DNA of 32,000 nt from Candidatus Saccharimonadota bacterium (GCF_000300075.1 NC_018677.1:30001-62000), one strand, 5' to 3'; shown: positions 1 to 13,759, numbered from the stretch's first letter. Numbers and translations are program-made. Notes: generated from the sequence alone by a model not told the origin.

Positions 1-37
1 AATTGTGGTTAGGGGTTGTATAAAGTTTTTTTTATAG

Positions 38-155
38 GAAAAAGGGTGTGTATAATTATGGTTTTATGAGGTGTTTGTAAGAAGTAATATAAGAAAGGTA
101 AAGAGAAAAAAAGAAATGTAGTATAAAAGAAAAAAGGGTTTGTATAATAATGGTT
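38..155 (+). repeat. Imperfect direct repeat pair of about 26 nt (38-63 and 129-155)
   Basis: The two copies are gaaaaagggtgtgtataattatggtt and gaaaaaagggtttgtataataatggtt, spaced 91 bp apart. Confidence 0.6.
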
Positions 156-599
156 AAATGCTGTGTTAGGTAAAAGAGAGATATTTGTTTTTGGTAGAGT
201 GATGAGAAGGTTAGTTAAAATGTATTAGATGTTGTTTTGTTTAACATTTGTGGTAAAAAATAGATGAGTAGTTAAAAGATAACTGATAGATGTGGTATAT
301 ATATGAATTGTTTTAAAGTTAAGTACATAAAATTATTAATTGTTAATGGTATTAGGGGTATGCGTTTTGTTGAATATGTCTTATTAACTTAATTAAAGGT
401 TAAATTTTAGCTTAGATGTTTTATTTGTCTATTATTTAGCGATAACAGGCATTATTGAGTTATTTTCGGTATAGGTAAAGTAAATGTATAATCATATTAA
501 AAATATAAATTAGATGTTATGATTAATAGTTGATTAAATAGAATATAGATAGAGTGGTGTTATTGGTATTAATGGAATAATAGTAAGATTAGTATACAG

Positions 600-708
600 G
601 TTATATGTAAAAATGGAAGAGTCGGATAGGTTGTCAAAAAAAATAAGAGAAGTTATATAAAAATGGAAGAGTCGGATAAGTTGTCAAGAATATAAGAGAT
701 ATTATATG
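600..708 (+). repeat. Tandem duplication with a unit of about 50 bp, roughly 2 copies
   Basis: The sequence taaaaatggaagagtcggata[g/a]gttgtcaa occurs at 608-637 and 658-687 (29/30 identical). The downstream halves have diverged and carry a 1-nt indel. Confidence 0.8.
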
Positions 709-822
709 AAAAAAAGTAAAGATATTCGGCAATATAAGTTTAAAAAAACAAGTAAAGTCGTACAGTTTTACTAATAGAATAAAATTAAAATCATAAAATA
801 AACAAAAAAAAAAGAAATAAAT

Positions 823-2394
823 ATGAATAACAGTGAATATAAAAGATATAACTTCATAGTAGAGAATTATGTAAAAAAAATACTTAAAGCAAAAGTGTAT
901 GAACTTGCTAAAGAAACACCTTTAGCTTGTACGCCGTTACTTTCTACTTATTTAAAAAACAACATATTTATAAAGCGTGAAGATTTACAACTAAACTTTT
1001 CGTTTAAAGTTAGAGGCGCTTATAACTGTATGAGAAACTTATTAAAAAATAAGAATATTCAATGCGTAATTACAGCTTCAGCTGGAAACCATGCACAAGG
1101 AGTTGCTTTAGCGGCAAAAAAATTGGGTATAAAATCAATTATTATTATGCCAAAAGTTACACCTGAAATTAAGGTTTTATCTGTACAATCGATTGGATGT
1201 GAAGTTTTAATAAAAGGTGATAATTTTAATTCGTCTTTAAAGTATGCGTTAAGTTTAGTAAAGAATTATGGTTATACTTACATACCTCCTTTTGATGACA
1301 CAGAAGTTATTGCAGGTCAAGGCACTTTAGCGATGGAAGTATTAAAACAATATAAAAATAAAATACATGCAATATTTGTTCCAGTTGGCGGAGGAGGATT
1401 AATTGCAGGTATTACAGCGTATCTAAAATATTTACGTCCTAAAATAAAGATCGTTGGTGTAGAGCCAGAAGATTCTGCTTGTTTAAAAGAAGCAATTAAA
1501 TATGGTTATCCAATAACATTAAATACTATAGACATGTTTGCAGAAGGAGTAGCAGTATCACGGGTTGGAAAGAAGCCTTTAAAGTTAATAAAAAATATAT
1601 TAGACGATCTAATAACTGTTAATATAGATGAAATGTGTAGTGCAGTAAAAGATATATTTGAAAATACAAGAGCATTGGCAGAAGTTTCAGGAGCTTTATC
1701 TTTAGCTGGTTTAAAAAAATATATAATAAAACAAAACATTACAAATAAAAATTTAATTTGTGTTAATACTGGAGCAAATATTAATTTTGACAAATTACAA
1801 TATATAGCACATAGAACAGCACTAGGGGAAAACAAAGAATTAATATTAGCTATAAAATTACCTGAATCTATAGGGAGTTTAAAAAGTCTATGTAATATAA
1901 TAGGAAACAAGAAAAGGTTTACTGAATTAAATTATCGGTTTTTAAATAAAAAAAAAGCAAATATATTGATAGGTTTAAAAATAATTCCAGGGAATGAAGA
2001 TAAAAAATTAGTAATTAATAATATACGTAAGGCTAAGTTTTTAGTTAAAGATATGAGTTCAAATGAATTAATAAAAATACATATTCGTCATTTAATTGGA
2101 GGACAAGTAAATAAATTTACAAATAAAAAAAATTATAAAGAAGAATTATATTGTTTTGAATTTCCAGAAAAAACAGGAGCATTAATAAAATTTTTAAATA
2201 GTTTACCAGAAATATTTAATATTTCTTTATTTCATTATAGAAATTATGGCTATGCCTATGGTCGTGTTTTAATAGCTATTCAATTATATAAAAATAAAAA
2301 ACAACAAGTAGAAAGTAATTTAGATAAGTTAGGTTATAGATATTGGAACGAAAGCAAAAATGTTGCTTATAAAATGTTTTTAAATCAAAATTGA
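823..2394 (+). CDS. ilvA: Biosynthetic threonine dehydratase (threonine ammonia-lyase) with a C-terminal regulatory domain
   Basis: The protein is 523 aa. It has the PLP-lysine motif FSFKVRGAYN and the glycine loop PVGGGGLIAG. A C-terminal extension of about 190 aa matches the double ACT-like regulatory region of IlvA. The stop codon is TGA. Confidence 0.95.
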   Translation: MNNSEYKRYNFIVENYVKKILKAKVYELAKETPLACTPLLSTYLKNNIFIKREDLQLNFSFKVRGAYNCMRNLLKNKNIQCVITASAGNHAQGVALAAKKLGIKSIIIMPKVTPEIKVLSVQSIGCEVLIKGDNFNSSLKYALSLVKNYGYTYIPPFDDTEVIAGQGTLAMEVLKQYKNKIHAIFVPVGGGGLIAGITAYLKYLRPKIKIVGVEPEDSACLKEAIKYGYPITLNTIDMFAEGVAVSRVGKKPLKLIKNILDDLITVNIDEMCSAVKDIFENTRALAEVSGALSLAGLKKYIIKQNITNKNLICVNTGANINFDKLQYIAHRTALGENKELILAIKLPESIGSLKSLCNIIGNKKRFTELNYRFLNKKKANILIGLKIIPGNEDKKLVINNIRKAKFLVKDMSSNELIKIHIRHLIGGQVNKFTNKKNYKEELYCFEFPEKTGALIKFLNSLPEIFNISLFHYRNYGYAYGRVLIAIQLYKNKKQQVESNLDKLGYRYWNESKNVAYKMFLNQN

Positions 2395-2409
2395 AAATAA
2401 TTATGTAAT

Positions 2410-2414
2410 GGAGA
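2410..2414 (+). promoter_or_regulatory. Shine-Dalgarno-like GGAGA, 6 nt upstream of the TTG start of fpr
   Basis: The sequence ggaga lies at 2410-2414 and the TTG start at 2421. Confidence 0.55.
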
Positions 2415-2420
2415 ATTTGA

Positions 2421-3194
2421 TTGAAAAGTTTTTGTCTTGAAAAAATTTTAAACGTTGTTCATTGGAATCATAATTTATTTAGTTTTTTTATTACCAAACA
2501 TAAAACTTTTCGTTTTAATAATGGGCAATTTATACTTATTGGTTTAAATAATAATAAATACTATAAATTAATAATAAGAGCTTATTCTATCGTTACCCCC
2601 AATTATGCAAATCATATTGAATTTCTTTCAATAACAATAAAAAACGGAAAATTTACATCATTATTAAAAAATATAAAAATTGGTGATTATATACTAATAA
2701 GTACAAAATCTTCTGGAAGTTTAATACTTGATAATATTCGAATTGGTAAAATTTTATATCTTTTATCTACTGGAACTGGTTTAGCACCATTTATAAGTTT
2801 AATACAAGATCCACTGATATATAACAGGTTTGACAAAATTATTTTAATACATGGAGTAAGTTATATAAAAAATATAGCATATAAAACTTTTGTTAATAAA
2901 AACATTTTTTATAGGTATATTGTTAACATAAAAACAAAGTTAATTTATTATCCAACAATTTCTAGGGAAATTTATATAAATAAAGGTAGAATAACAGAGC
3001 TTCTTATTAAAGGAACCTTATTGAAATGTTTAAAGTTACCTTTTCTTAATTTTCATTATGATAAGTTAATGTTATGCGGTAATAGAGCTATGTTACAAGA
3101 ACTTATATATTATTTAACTAAGTTATCTTTTAGATTTTCAATAATAAATAATCCAAATGATTTTGTATTTGAATATTCTTTTATAAGCAACTAA
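2421..3194 (+). CDS. fpr: Ferredoxin/flavodoxin-NADP+ reductase
   Basis: The protein is 257 aa. It has the FAD-binding RAYSIV motif, the NADP-binding LLSTGTGLAPF motif and MLCGNRAM near the C-terminus. It is collinear with E. coli Fpr. The start codon is TTG. Confidence 0.9.
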   Translation: MKSFCLEKILNVVHWNHNLFSFFITKHKTFRFNNGQFILIGLNNNKYYKLIIRAYSIVTPNYANHIEFLSITIKNGKFTSLLKNIKIGDYILISTKSSGSLILDNIRIGKILYLLSTGTGLAPFISLIQDPLIYNRFDKIILIHGVSYIKNIAYKTFVNKNIFYRYIVNIKTKLIYYPTISREIYINKGRITELLIKGTLLKCLKLPFLNFHYDKLMLCGNRAMLQELIYYLTKLSFRFSIINNPNDFVFEYSFISN

Positions 3195-5340
<2,146 letters not shown>

Positions 5341-5344
5341 TTAA

Positions 5345-5602
<258 letters not shown>

Positions 5603-5630
5603 AAGGAATCACTTACATTAAGTTAAAACG

Positions 5631-5648
5631 TTAAGGTTAAGGTTAAGG
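5631..5648 (+). repeat. Hexanucleotide repeat (TTAAGG)x3 immediately upstream of the atpF GTG start
   Basis: The sequence ttaaggttaaggttaagg was read directly. Each unit carries an SD-like AAGG. Confidence 0.85.
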
Positions 5649-5656
5649 TAATCTTT

Positions 5657-6127
5657 GTGAATATTAATTTAACTATTTTATGTGAAGTTATAAACTTTTC
5701 TATTTTAATATGGTGTTGTAAAAATTTCATTTGGCCGCCAATAAAAAAAAATATATTAGATAGAGAAAAAACAATAAATAATGCTTTAACAGCTGCTAAT
5801 ATAGCAAAAAAAGAATTATATAAAGCAAAAAAAGAATCAAAATATATTTTATGTATAGCAAAGAAAGAAGCAGATTTAATATTAGAAAAAGCACGATTAC
5901 ATCACAATGTAATACTTGAAAAAGCAAGAAATATATCGAAAAAAGAAAGTGATATTGAATTAAAAAACAGGAAAAAGTTATTTGAAGAGCATTTGGCAAT
6001 TAGAAAAAAAGATTTGCATGAAAAACTAATAAAAGTATCTTTAATCGGTTTAGAAAAATTATTAGAAAGTTCAATAAATATAAACATAAATAAAGAAATT
6101 TTTAAAAAGTTAGTAAACAAAATATGA
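5657..6127 (+). CDS. atpF: F0F1 ATP synthase subunit b
   Basis: The protein is 156 aa with a GTG start. The N-terminus MNINLTIL...FIWPPI aligns with E. coli MNLNATIL...YVWPPL. A long charged helix follows. Confidence 0.9.
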   Translation: MNINLTILCEVINFSILIWCCKNFIWPPIKKNILDREKTINNALTAANIAKKELYKAKKESKYILCIAKKEADLILEKARLHHNVILEKARNISKKESDIELKNRKKLFEEHLAIRKKDLHEKLIKVSLIGLEKLLESSINININKEIFKKLVNKI

Positions 6128-6645
6128 AAATATCTGTAAAATTAAAAAAAAACAACCCATATTTAAAAGCATTATGGACAGTATCAGTTTTATCAAAAGA
6201 TTTAGATAAATGGAAAAATAGAATAAAAATTGTTGAGTTTATTTTAAATTATTATAAAAAAAATAATGTATGTAAAAGTTTTTGGGTTAAGACACAATTA
6301 AAAAGGGTTTTAGATACAGACAGTTTAAAAGTAATAAAGTTATTATTAATAGCTAATCAAAATAAGAAAACAAAATATATTTTATTGTATTATGAAAATA
6401 AGATACTACAACAATATAAGATTATGAGTATAGAAATACTTAGTGCTTTTATAATGAACAAAAAGCAAAAACAACAAATAACAAACAAAATAAGTTTAAA
6501 ATTAAAAAAAAAAATTTTTATAATAAAGATCAAAATAAAAAAAAAGATAATGGGTGGCTTTATTATAAAGCTTAAAAATATAAATATAGATTGTTCAATA
6601 ATCGGTAGATTAAATAAATTAAAAAATAATATATTAGGGTATTAG
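6124..6645 (+). CDS. atpH: F0F1 ATP synthase subunit delta
   Basis: The protein is 173 aa and overlaps atpF through ATGA. The N-terminal PYLKAL...W and the C-terminal GGFIIKLKNINIDCSIIGRLNKL align with E. coli AtpH ([23 protein letters not shown]). It is highly diverged and Lys-rich. Confidence 0.85.
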   Translation: MKISVKLKKNNPYLKALWTVSVLSKDLDKWKNRIKIVEFILNYYKKNNVCKSFWVKTQLKRVLDTDSLKVIKLLLIANQNKKTKYILLYYENKILQQYKIMSIEILSAFIMNKKQKQQITNKISLKLKKKIFIIKIKIKKKIMGGFIIKLKNINIDCSIIGRLNKLKNNILGY

Positions 6646-6656
6646 GATGATGAATT

Positions 6657-8189
6657 ATGAAACAATTAAAGTTTTCTGAACTTAGTAATATAATCAAAAA
6701 AGAACTTACAAATATTAAGTTTCAATTAGATTTGAAAAATGAAGGAATCATTATAAATGTATTTGATGGAATCGTTCGAATGTATGGATTATATGATGCT
6801 ATGTATGGTGAAATAATAGAATTTGTGGACAATATTTTTGGTTTAGTCTTTAATATTGAACGCACGAATGTAGGTATAGTGATCTTAGGCGATTATAAGA
6901 ATCTTTCAGAAGGAATGAAAGGTAAATGCACAGGTAACTTATTAAAAGTACCTGTCGGTTTAGAACTAATTGGTAGAGTTGTAGACACATTAGGAATTGC
7001 TATAGATGGTAAAGGAACAATAAAAACAAAAAAAAAAGATTTAATTGAAAAAATAGCGCCAGGTGTTATCTGCAGAAAAACTGTAAATCAACCATTAAAC
7101 ACAGGTATAAAAGCAATAGATTCAATGATTCCAATAGGTTTAGGGCAAAGGGAATTAATTATTGGTGATAGAAATGTTGGAAAAACATCGCTATGCTTGG
7201 ATGTAATTTTAAATCAAAAAAATAAAGATATAACTTGTATATATGTTGCTATCGGGCAAAAAAAATCTAATGTTGTAAAAATTGTAAATGTTTTTGAGAA
7301 ATATGGAGCTATGAATTATACAATAGTAGTTGTTGCTTCGGCATCAGACCCGGCTATAATGCAATATTTAGCCCCTTATACAGGTTGTACGATGGGTGAA
7401 TATTTTCGTGATAGAGGAAAAAATGCAGTAATTGTATATGATGATTTAACAAAACAAGCTTGGGCATATAGACAAATATCATTGTTGTTAAAAAGACCAC
7501 CAGGAAGAGAAGCTTATCCGGGGGATATTTTTTATATCCATTCAAAATTATTAGAAAGAGCTTGCAGGGTTAATAAGAAGTTTGTTGGTAATCAGACAAA
7601 AGGAAGAAGAAATACAACGGGGTCATTAACAGCTTTACCAATTATAGAAACAAAAGGTGGAGATGTATCAGAGTTTATTCCTACAAATGTAATTTCTATA
7701 ACCGATGGGCAAATTTTTTTAGAAACAAATTTATTTAATAATGGCATAAGACCTGCAATAAATGTAGGTTTATCAGTGTCAAGAGTAGGTGGTTCTGCAC
7801 AGACTAAAATTATAAAAAAATTAGGATCAGGTATTCGTTTATCTTTGGCTAAATATAGAGAGTTAGAATCTTTTGCACAATTTAGTTCAGAATTGGATAA
7901 AATAACTAAAAAACAAATTATTAAAGGAAGAAATATAACAGAATTAATGAAACAAAAGCAACTAAACAAAAGGAGCGTAGCTGAATTAGCAATTTTATTG
8001 TATGCTGCAAATAAAGATTATTTAAACGATGTAGATATAAAAAAAATAGCTTTTTTTGAAAACGAACTAATAAAATATTTAAATATAAAATATAAAAAAA
8101 TAAGAAATTTGATAAATAAAAAAGGTAAAGAAGAGTATATAGAGCAATTAAAACAAATATTAGAAAAATTTAAAGAAAATCATAGGTAA
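6657..8189 (+). CDS. atpA: F0F1 ATP synthase subunit alpha
   Basis: The protein is 510 aa. It has the Walker A motif GDRNVGKTS and strong full-length conservation, for example [27 protein letters not shown]. Confidence 0.97.
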   Translation: MKQLKFSELSNIIKKELTNIKFQLDLKNEGIIINVFDGIVRMYGLYDAMYGEIIEFVDNIFGLVFNIERTNVGIVILGDYKNLSEGMKGKCTGNLLKVPVGLELIGRVVDTLGIAIDGKGTIKTKKKDLIEKIAPGVICRKTVNQPLNTGIKAIDSMIPIGLGQRELIIGDRNVGKTSLCLDVILNQKNKDITCIYVAIGQKKSNVVKIVNVFEKYGAMNYTIVVVASASDPAIMQYLAPYTGCTMGEYFRDRGKNAVIVYDDLTKQAWAYRQISLLLKRPPGREAYPGDIFYIHSKLLERACRVNKKFVGNQTKGRRNTTGSLTALPIIETKGGDVSEFIPTNVISITDGQIFLETNLFNNGIRPAINVGLSVSRVGGSAQTKIIKKLGSGIRLSLAKYRELESFAQFSSELDKITKKQIIKGRNITELMKQKQLNKRSVAELAILLYAANKDYLNDVDIKKIAFFENELIKYLNIKYKKIRNLINKKGKEEYIEQLKQILEKFKENHR

Positions 8190-8193
8190 AAAA

Positions 8194-10454
<2,261 letters not shown>

Positions 10455-10674
10455 TCACAATAAAAACATCTTACCATTAACACCTCTTTAAACATCAACA
10501 CCTCATAATATAATAACAGTTTGTACCTACATAACGAAATAAAAGATCATACAGCATAATTAAAGTAAGCTAAAAAGTCTCATAAAAATAGGCAAAAAAT
10601 ATAACACAGAAAAAAAACAAAAAAATATAGTAATAAAAAACATAAATATAAAAGAGAGTAGACTTGGAATTCAT
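10455..10674. other. 220-bp A/C-rich spacer inserted between atpD and atpC inside the atp operon
   Basis: The spacer has no ORF. It shows the same two-part composition as the large spacers (A/C/T-rich, then A-rich). Confidence 0.8.
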
Positions 10675-11103
10675 ATGAACAGTATTCAATGTGATATTAT
10701 GAGTATAGACTGTTTAATCTTTTCAAAAAAAATAAAACAAATAACAGCAATTGGTACGGAAGGGGAATTAGGCGTTTTATCAGGACATACCCCATTTATA
10801 ACACAATTAAATTCAGGTCCTTTAATAATTACACATATTAATAATAAGAAAGAAATTTTTTATTTAGATGGTGGTTTAATTGAAGTTGAATCAAATATGA
10901 TTTCATGTTTATCTTATTCTATTATTAAAGCTAATGAGATTAATGAATATGAACTAACTAAAAATATTAATGAAGCTAAAGTTTTAATTAAAGAAAAATC
11001 ATCAACAATAAATTATACACGCGCAATTGCAGATATATCTTTAGCACATTCTCGCTTACGTACTTTAAAACAATTTAAAACTACATTAACTAACAATGCT
11101 TAA
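10675..11103 (+). CDS. atpC: F0F1 ATP synthase subunit epsilon
   Basis: The protein is 142 aa. GTEGELGVLSGHTPFIT and YLDGGLIEV align with E. coli AtpC (GSEGELGIYPGHAPLLT, YLSGGILEV). Confidence 0.92.
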   Translation: MNSIQCDIMSIDCLIFSKKIKQITAIGTEGELGVLSGHTPFITQLNSGPLIITHINNKKEIFYLDGGLIEVESNMISCLSYSIIKANEINEYELTKNINEAKVLIKEKSSTINYTRAIADISLAHSRLRTLKQFKTTLTNNA

Positions 11104-11160
11104 CATAAACTAAAATATATACAAAAAATGAAAGACTAAACCGTGTAAGGAAAAAAGTAA

Positions 11161-12180
11161 ATGAATTTACGTAATAGGAATCTTTTAAGCTTAATGAATC
11201 ATACTAAAGAAGAAATCAATTATTTATTAAATCTAGCAAGTTATTTAAAAAAGTCAAAATATATAGGTAATGAATATCCTAGATTAAAAGGTAAAAATTT
11301 AGCTTTGCTTTTTGAAAAACCATCAACTAGGACTCGGTGTGCTTTTGAAATTGCAGCTAAGGATCAAGGTGCTAATGTAACTTACATTGATTCTAACTCT
11401 TCTCAACTTGGAGCAAAAGAAACTATTAAAGATACAGCAAAAGTATTAGGTCGTATGTTTGATGCAATTCAATATAGAGGTTTTAGCCAAAAAATAATTG
11501 AAGAGTTAGCAAAAAATTCAGGTATCCCGGTTTTAAATGGATTAACAAATGAATTTCATCCAACACAAGTTTTAGCTGATGTATTGACTATGTTAGAGCA
11601 TAGTAACAATAAATCTTTTAATAAAATAAAATATGTTTATTTAGGTGATGCACGTTACAACATTGGAAGATCTTTATTGTTAATTGGTGCAAAACTTGGA
11701 ATGGATGTACGAATTGCTGCTCCTAAACAATTTTGGCCAGAAGAAAAATTTTTTATATTTTGTAACAACATAGCAAAAAAAAACAATTCAAAACTACTTT
11801 TAGTTGAAGATCCTTATCTTGCTGTAAAAAATGTAGATTTTATATACACGGATGTTTGGGTTTCTATGGGAGAAAGCGAAGAGGTATGGTGTGAAAGAAT
11901 TAATTTTCTTTCAAAATATCAAATAAATAACGAACTTATAAAACATACCAATAATTTTAAAGTTAAAGTAATGCATTGTTTACCCTCTTTTCACAATACT
12001 GAACCATTTGTTATAAATAACTTATTTAAAAAACATAAGCTTATAAAAAACAATCAAACTTTATTGAATGGTTTTGAAATTACTGATGATATTTTTGAAT
12101 CTTCATTTAATATTTCTTTTGATCAAGTTGAAAATAGAATACATACAATCAAAGCTATTTTGGTTTCTACGTTGAGTTAA
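11161..12180 (+). CDS. argF: Ornithine carbamoyltransferase
   Basis: The protein is 339 aa. It has the carbamoyl-phosphate motif [13 protein letters not shown], and the HCLPSFHN ornithine-binding motif (E. coli ArgI HCLPAFHD). Confidence 0.93.
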   Translation: MNLRNRNLLSLMNHTKEEINYLLNLASYLKKSKYIGNEYPRLKGKNLALLFEKPSTRTRCAFEIAAKDQGANVTYIDSNSSQLGAKETIKDTAKVLGRMFDAIQYRGFSQKIIEELAKNSGIPVLNGLTNEFHPTQVLADVLTMLEHSNNKSFNKIKYVYLGDARYNIGRSLLLIGAKLGMDVRIAAPKQFWPEEKFFIFCNNIAKKNNSKLLLVEDPYLAVKNVDFIYTDVWVSMGESEEVWCERINFLSKYQINNELIKHTNNFKVKVMHCLPSFHNTEPFVINNLFKKHKLIKNNQTLLNGFEITDDIFESSFNISFDQVENRIHTIKAILVSTLS

Positions 12181-12420
12181 CCCCAAACTACTATAACTTT
12201 AATCAATAACTATTTTAACAACCTCTTTTAACACTTCTCTACTTTACAACTACTTTATTATTACCTACAACAACAAACAATTGTCAAATAACATAATAGT
12301 ATAAAAAACAGAAATAGACCTCTAATAATAAAGCCATCCTCTAAAAACAATATAACACATAACAACAACAACTATGCTTAAATACAATAACAAAAATCAT
12401 CTAACAGATAAAAACTCTAA

Positions 12421-12500
12421 CAACAAACCTCACCTCTAAAATCTTAAAAGCAACATCAAACAACATACCTCACCTCTAAAATCTTAAAAGCAACATCAAA
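12421..12500 (+). repeat. 40-bp tandem duplication, 2 copies with 1 mismatch
   Basis: The sequence caaca[a/t]acctcacctctaaaatcttaaaagcaacatcaaa occurs at 12421-12460 and 12461-12500. Confidence 0.9.
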
Positions 12501-12654
12501 TAACTAACAGATAAAAAAAACCATCTTAAAACTTTAAAGCAACTTCTTTTTAAAAACCATCAAACAACAAAAAATAATAACTATCCTCTAAAAAATAATC
12601 AAAAACCTCTACATAACAACAAATAATATATAAAAAACAACATATTACTTCTAA

Positions 12655-12752
12655 CCAACAACCAACAACCAACAACCAACTACCAACTACCAACTACCTA
12701 CTACCTACTACCTACAACCTCTAACCTAACAACTCTAACCTCTAAACTCTAA
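12655..12752 (+). repeat. Heptanucleotide array with stepwise variant blocks
   Basis: Read in 7-nt register, the array is (CCAACAA)3 (CCAACTA)3 (CCTACTA)2 CCTACAA CCTCTAA CCTAACA ACTCTAA CCTCTAA ACTCTAA. Confidence 0.9.
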
Positions 12753-13336
12753 TAACTAAAACTCTAAACAAATAACAATTTTAACATCTAATAAATAAAC
12801 CTACAACCTAAAAATATAACCATTTTATTTTAACATCTAAACTCTTACCTCTTTAACATCTTTAAATAAACATCTACAAAACAACAAATAACCTCTAACG
12901 TTTCTAAAAAACCAATCTCCAATTAACATCAAACAACCTCTTACACAGAAATAAGTAACATCTAACACATAACAACATAAAAAGAAAAAGATCTAGCAAA
13001 TTTATTATAAAAACATAACTAACCCTCTAACAAAAAAAAACATAAATAAATAAACAACAAAACTAATAATCAATAACAACAAACCTCTAACACCTAATTA
13101 TTTAACAATTAACAATATTTAAGCATAAGTTGTATTACATAACAAAAACACAAAACAATATTTAATAAAATTATAACAAATAAGAATTGAAATAATTAAT
13201 AATACAACAAACTTATAAAAAAAGAAGAAGGTAAAACAGCTAACAAATAGTTATAAAAAATAACAACAAACGACTAACAAAAAAAAAGAAATAACAAAGA
13301 ATAAACAAAAAGCAAAAAATAAAGAGGTAGTAACAA

Positions 13337-13448
13337 ACCTAAAACCTAAAACCTAAAACCTCAAACCTAACAACTCAAACCTCAAACCTCAAACCTCAAA
13401 CCTCAAACCTCAAACCTCAAACCTAACAACTCAAACCTAAAACCTAAA
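13337..13448 (+). repeat. Heptanucleotide array of 16 units with a nested, near-symmetric block structure
   Basis: The array reads (ACCTAAA)3 ACCTCAA [ACCTAAC AACTCAA] (ACCTCAA)6 [ACCTAAC AACTCAA] (ACCTAAA)2. Confidence 0.9.
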
Positions 13449-13754
13449 AAACAAACATCTAACATCAAACATCAAACAAATAAACTCTAAATAACAAAAA
13501 AAGAACATAAAAACTAAGAGTAAACACTAACAAAAAAAATATAACGCATAAAAAGAAAACAAAAGCTAAAACAACAGACATCTAATATAAAACATATAAA
13601 GCTAAAGAGAAACAAACGGTTGTATAAAAAGAAAATAAACATAACACATAACAGAAAAAAGTAGTAACGGCGCGGGAAAGTTTGTAAAAAAAAAAACGAA
13701 AAAAAAACACAATAATAAAAATAAGAAAGCAGTTTAAATAGGTATTTTGCTGTA

Positions 13755-13759
13755 GAGGT
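13755..13759 (+). promoter_or_regulatory. Shine-Dalgarno GAGGT, 5 nt upstream of the leuD ATG
   Basis: The sequence gaggt lies at 13755-13759 and the ATG at 13765. Confidence 0.6.

Larger units (their letters stand above)
1..822. other. Non-coding spacer upstream of ilvA. Nt 1-360 are essentially G/T/A-only (C-depleted), which is the reverse polarity of every other long spacer in the window.
   Basis: The track shows no ORF of 60 aa or more on either strand. By direct count there are only 4 C in nt 1-360 (first C at 161) against abundant G. Composition becomes ordinary AT-rich from about 360 to 822. Confidence 0.8.

Noticed and set aside
1506-1910. Antisense or shadow ORFs inside well-supported genes: 1506-1910, 5016-5243, 5796-5999, 5902-6120, 7354-7545, 7592-7969, 8855-9052, 20757-20963, 25781-26311, 26224-26412, 26948-27169, 27194-27376 and 28073-28462.
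   Set aside because: Each lies entirely within a conserved CDS on the opposite strand. Each has no recognisable motifs and shows the composition typical of frame shadows.
2392-2394. UGA could be reassigned (code 4), as in some tiny-genome symbionts.
   Set aside because: TGA ends ilvA (2392-2394) and atpE (5600-5602) exactly where homologues end. No conserved gene needs read-through of TGA.
12421-13448. The tandem repeat arrays could be a CRISPR array.
   Set aside because: The units are 7 nt, or are simple 2-copy duplications. There is no repeat-spacer alternation, no palindromic 25-40-nt repeats with unique spacers, and no cas genes.
13337-13448. The ACCTAAA/ACCTCAA heptamers resemble telomere-type repeats (CCCTAAA, CCTAA).
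   Set aside because: The similarity is only partial. The array is internal to a bacterial gene neighbourhood and belongs to a broader family of A/C-rich heptamers in the other spacers.
13667-13680. An isolated GC-rich island (aacggcgcgggaaa) about 90 nt upstream of leuD could be a regulatory site or a leuC remnant.
   Set aside because: Translating all frames around it gives nothing resembling the LeuC C-terminus. It has no dyad symmetry and no second copy in the window. It remains unexplained, but there is too little evidence to make a call.
13681-13720. I attempted -35/-10 promoter calls, for example the ttgtaa upstream of leuD.
   Set aside because: At this AT content, hexamers resembling TATAAT or TTGACA occur everywhere, and no candidate had convincing spacing. 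Promoter calls would be unsupported.
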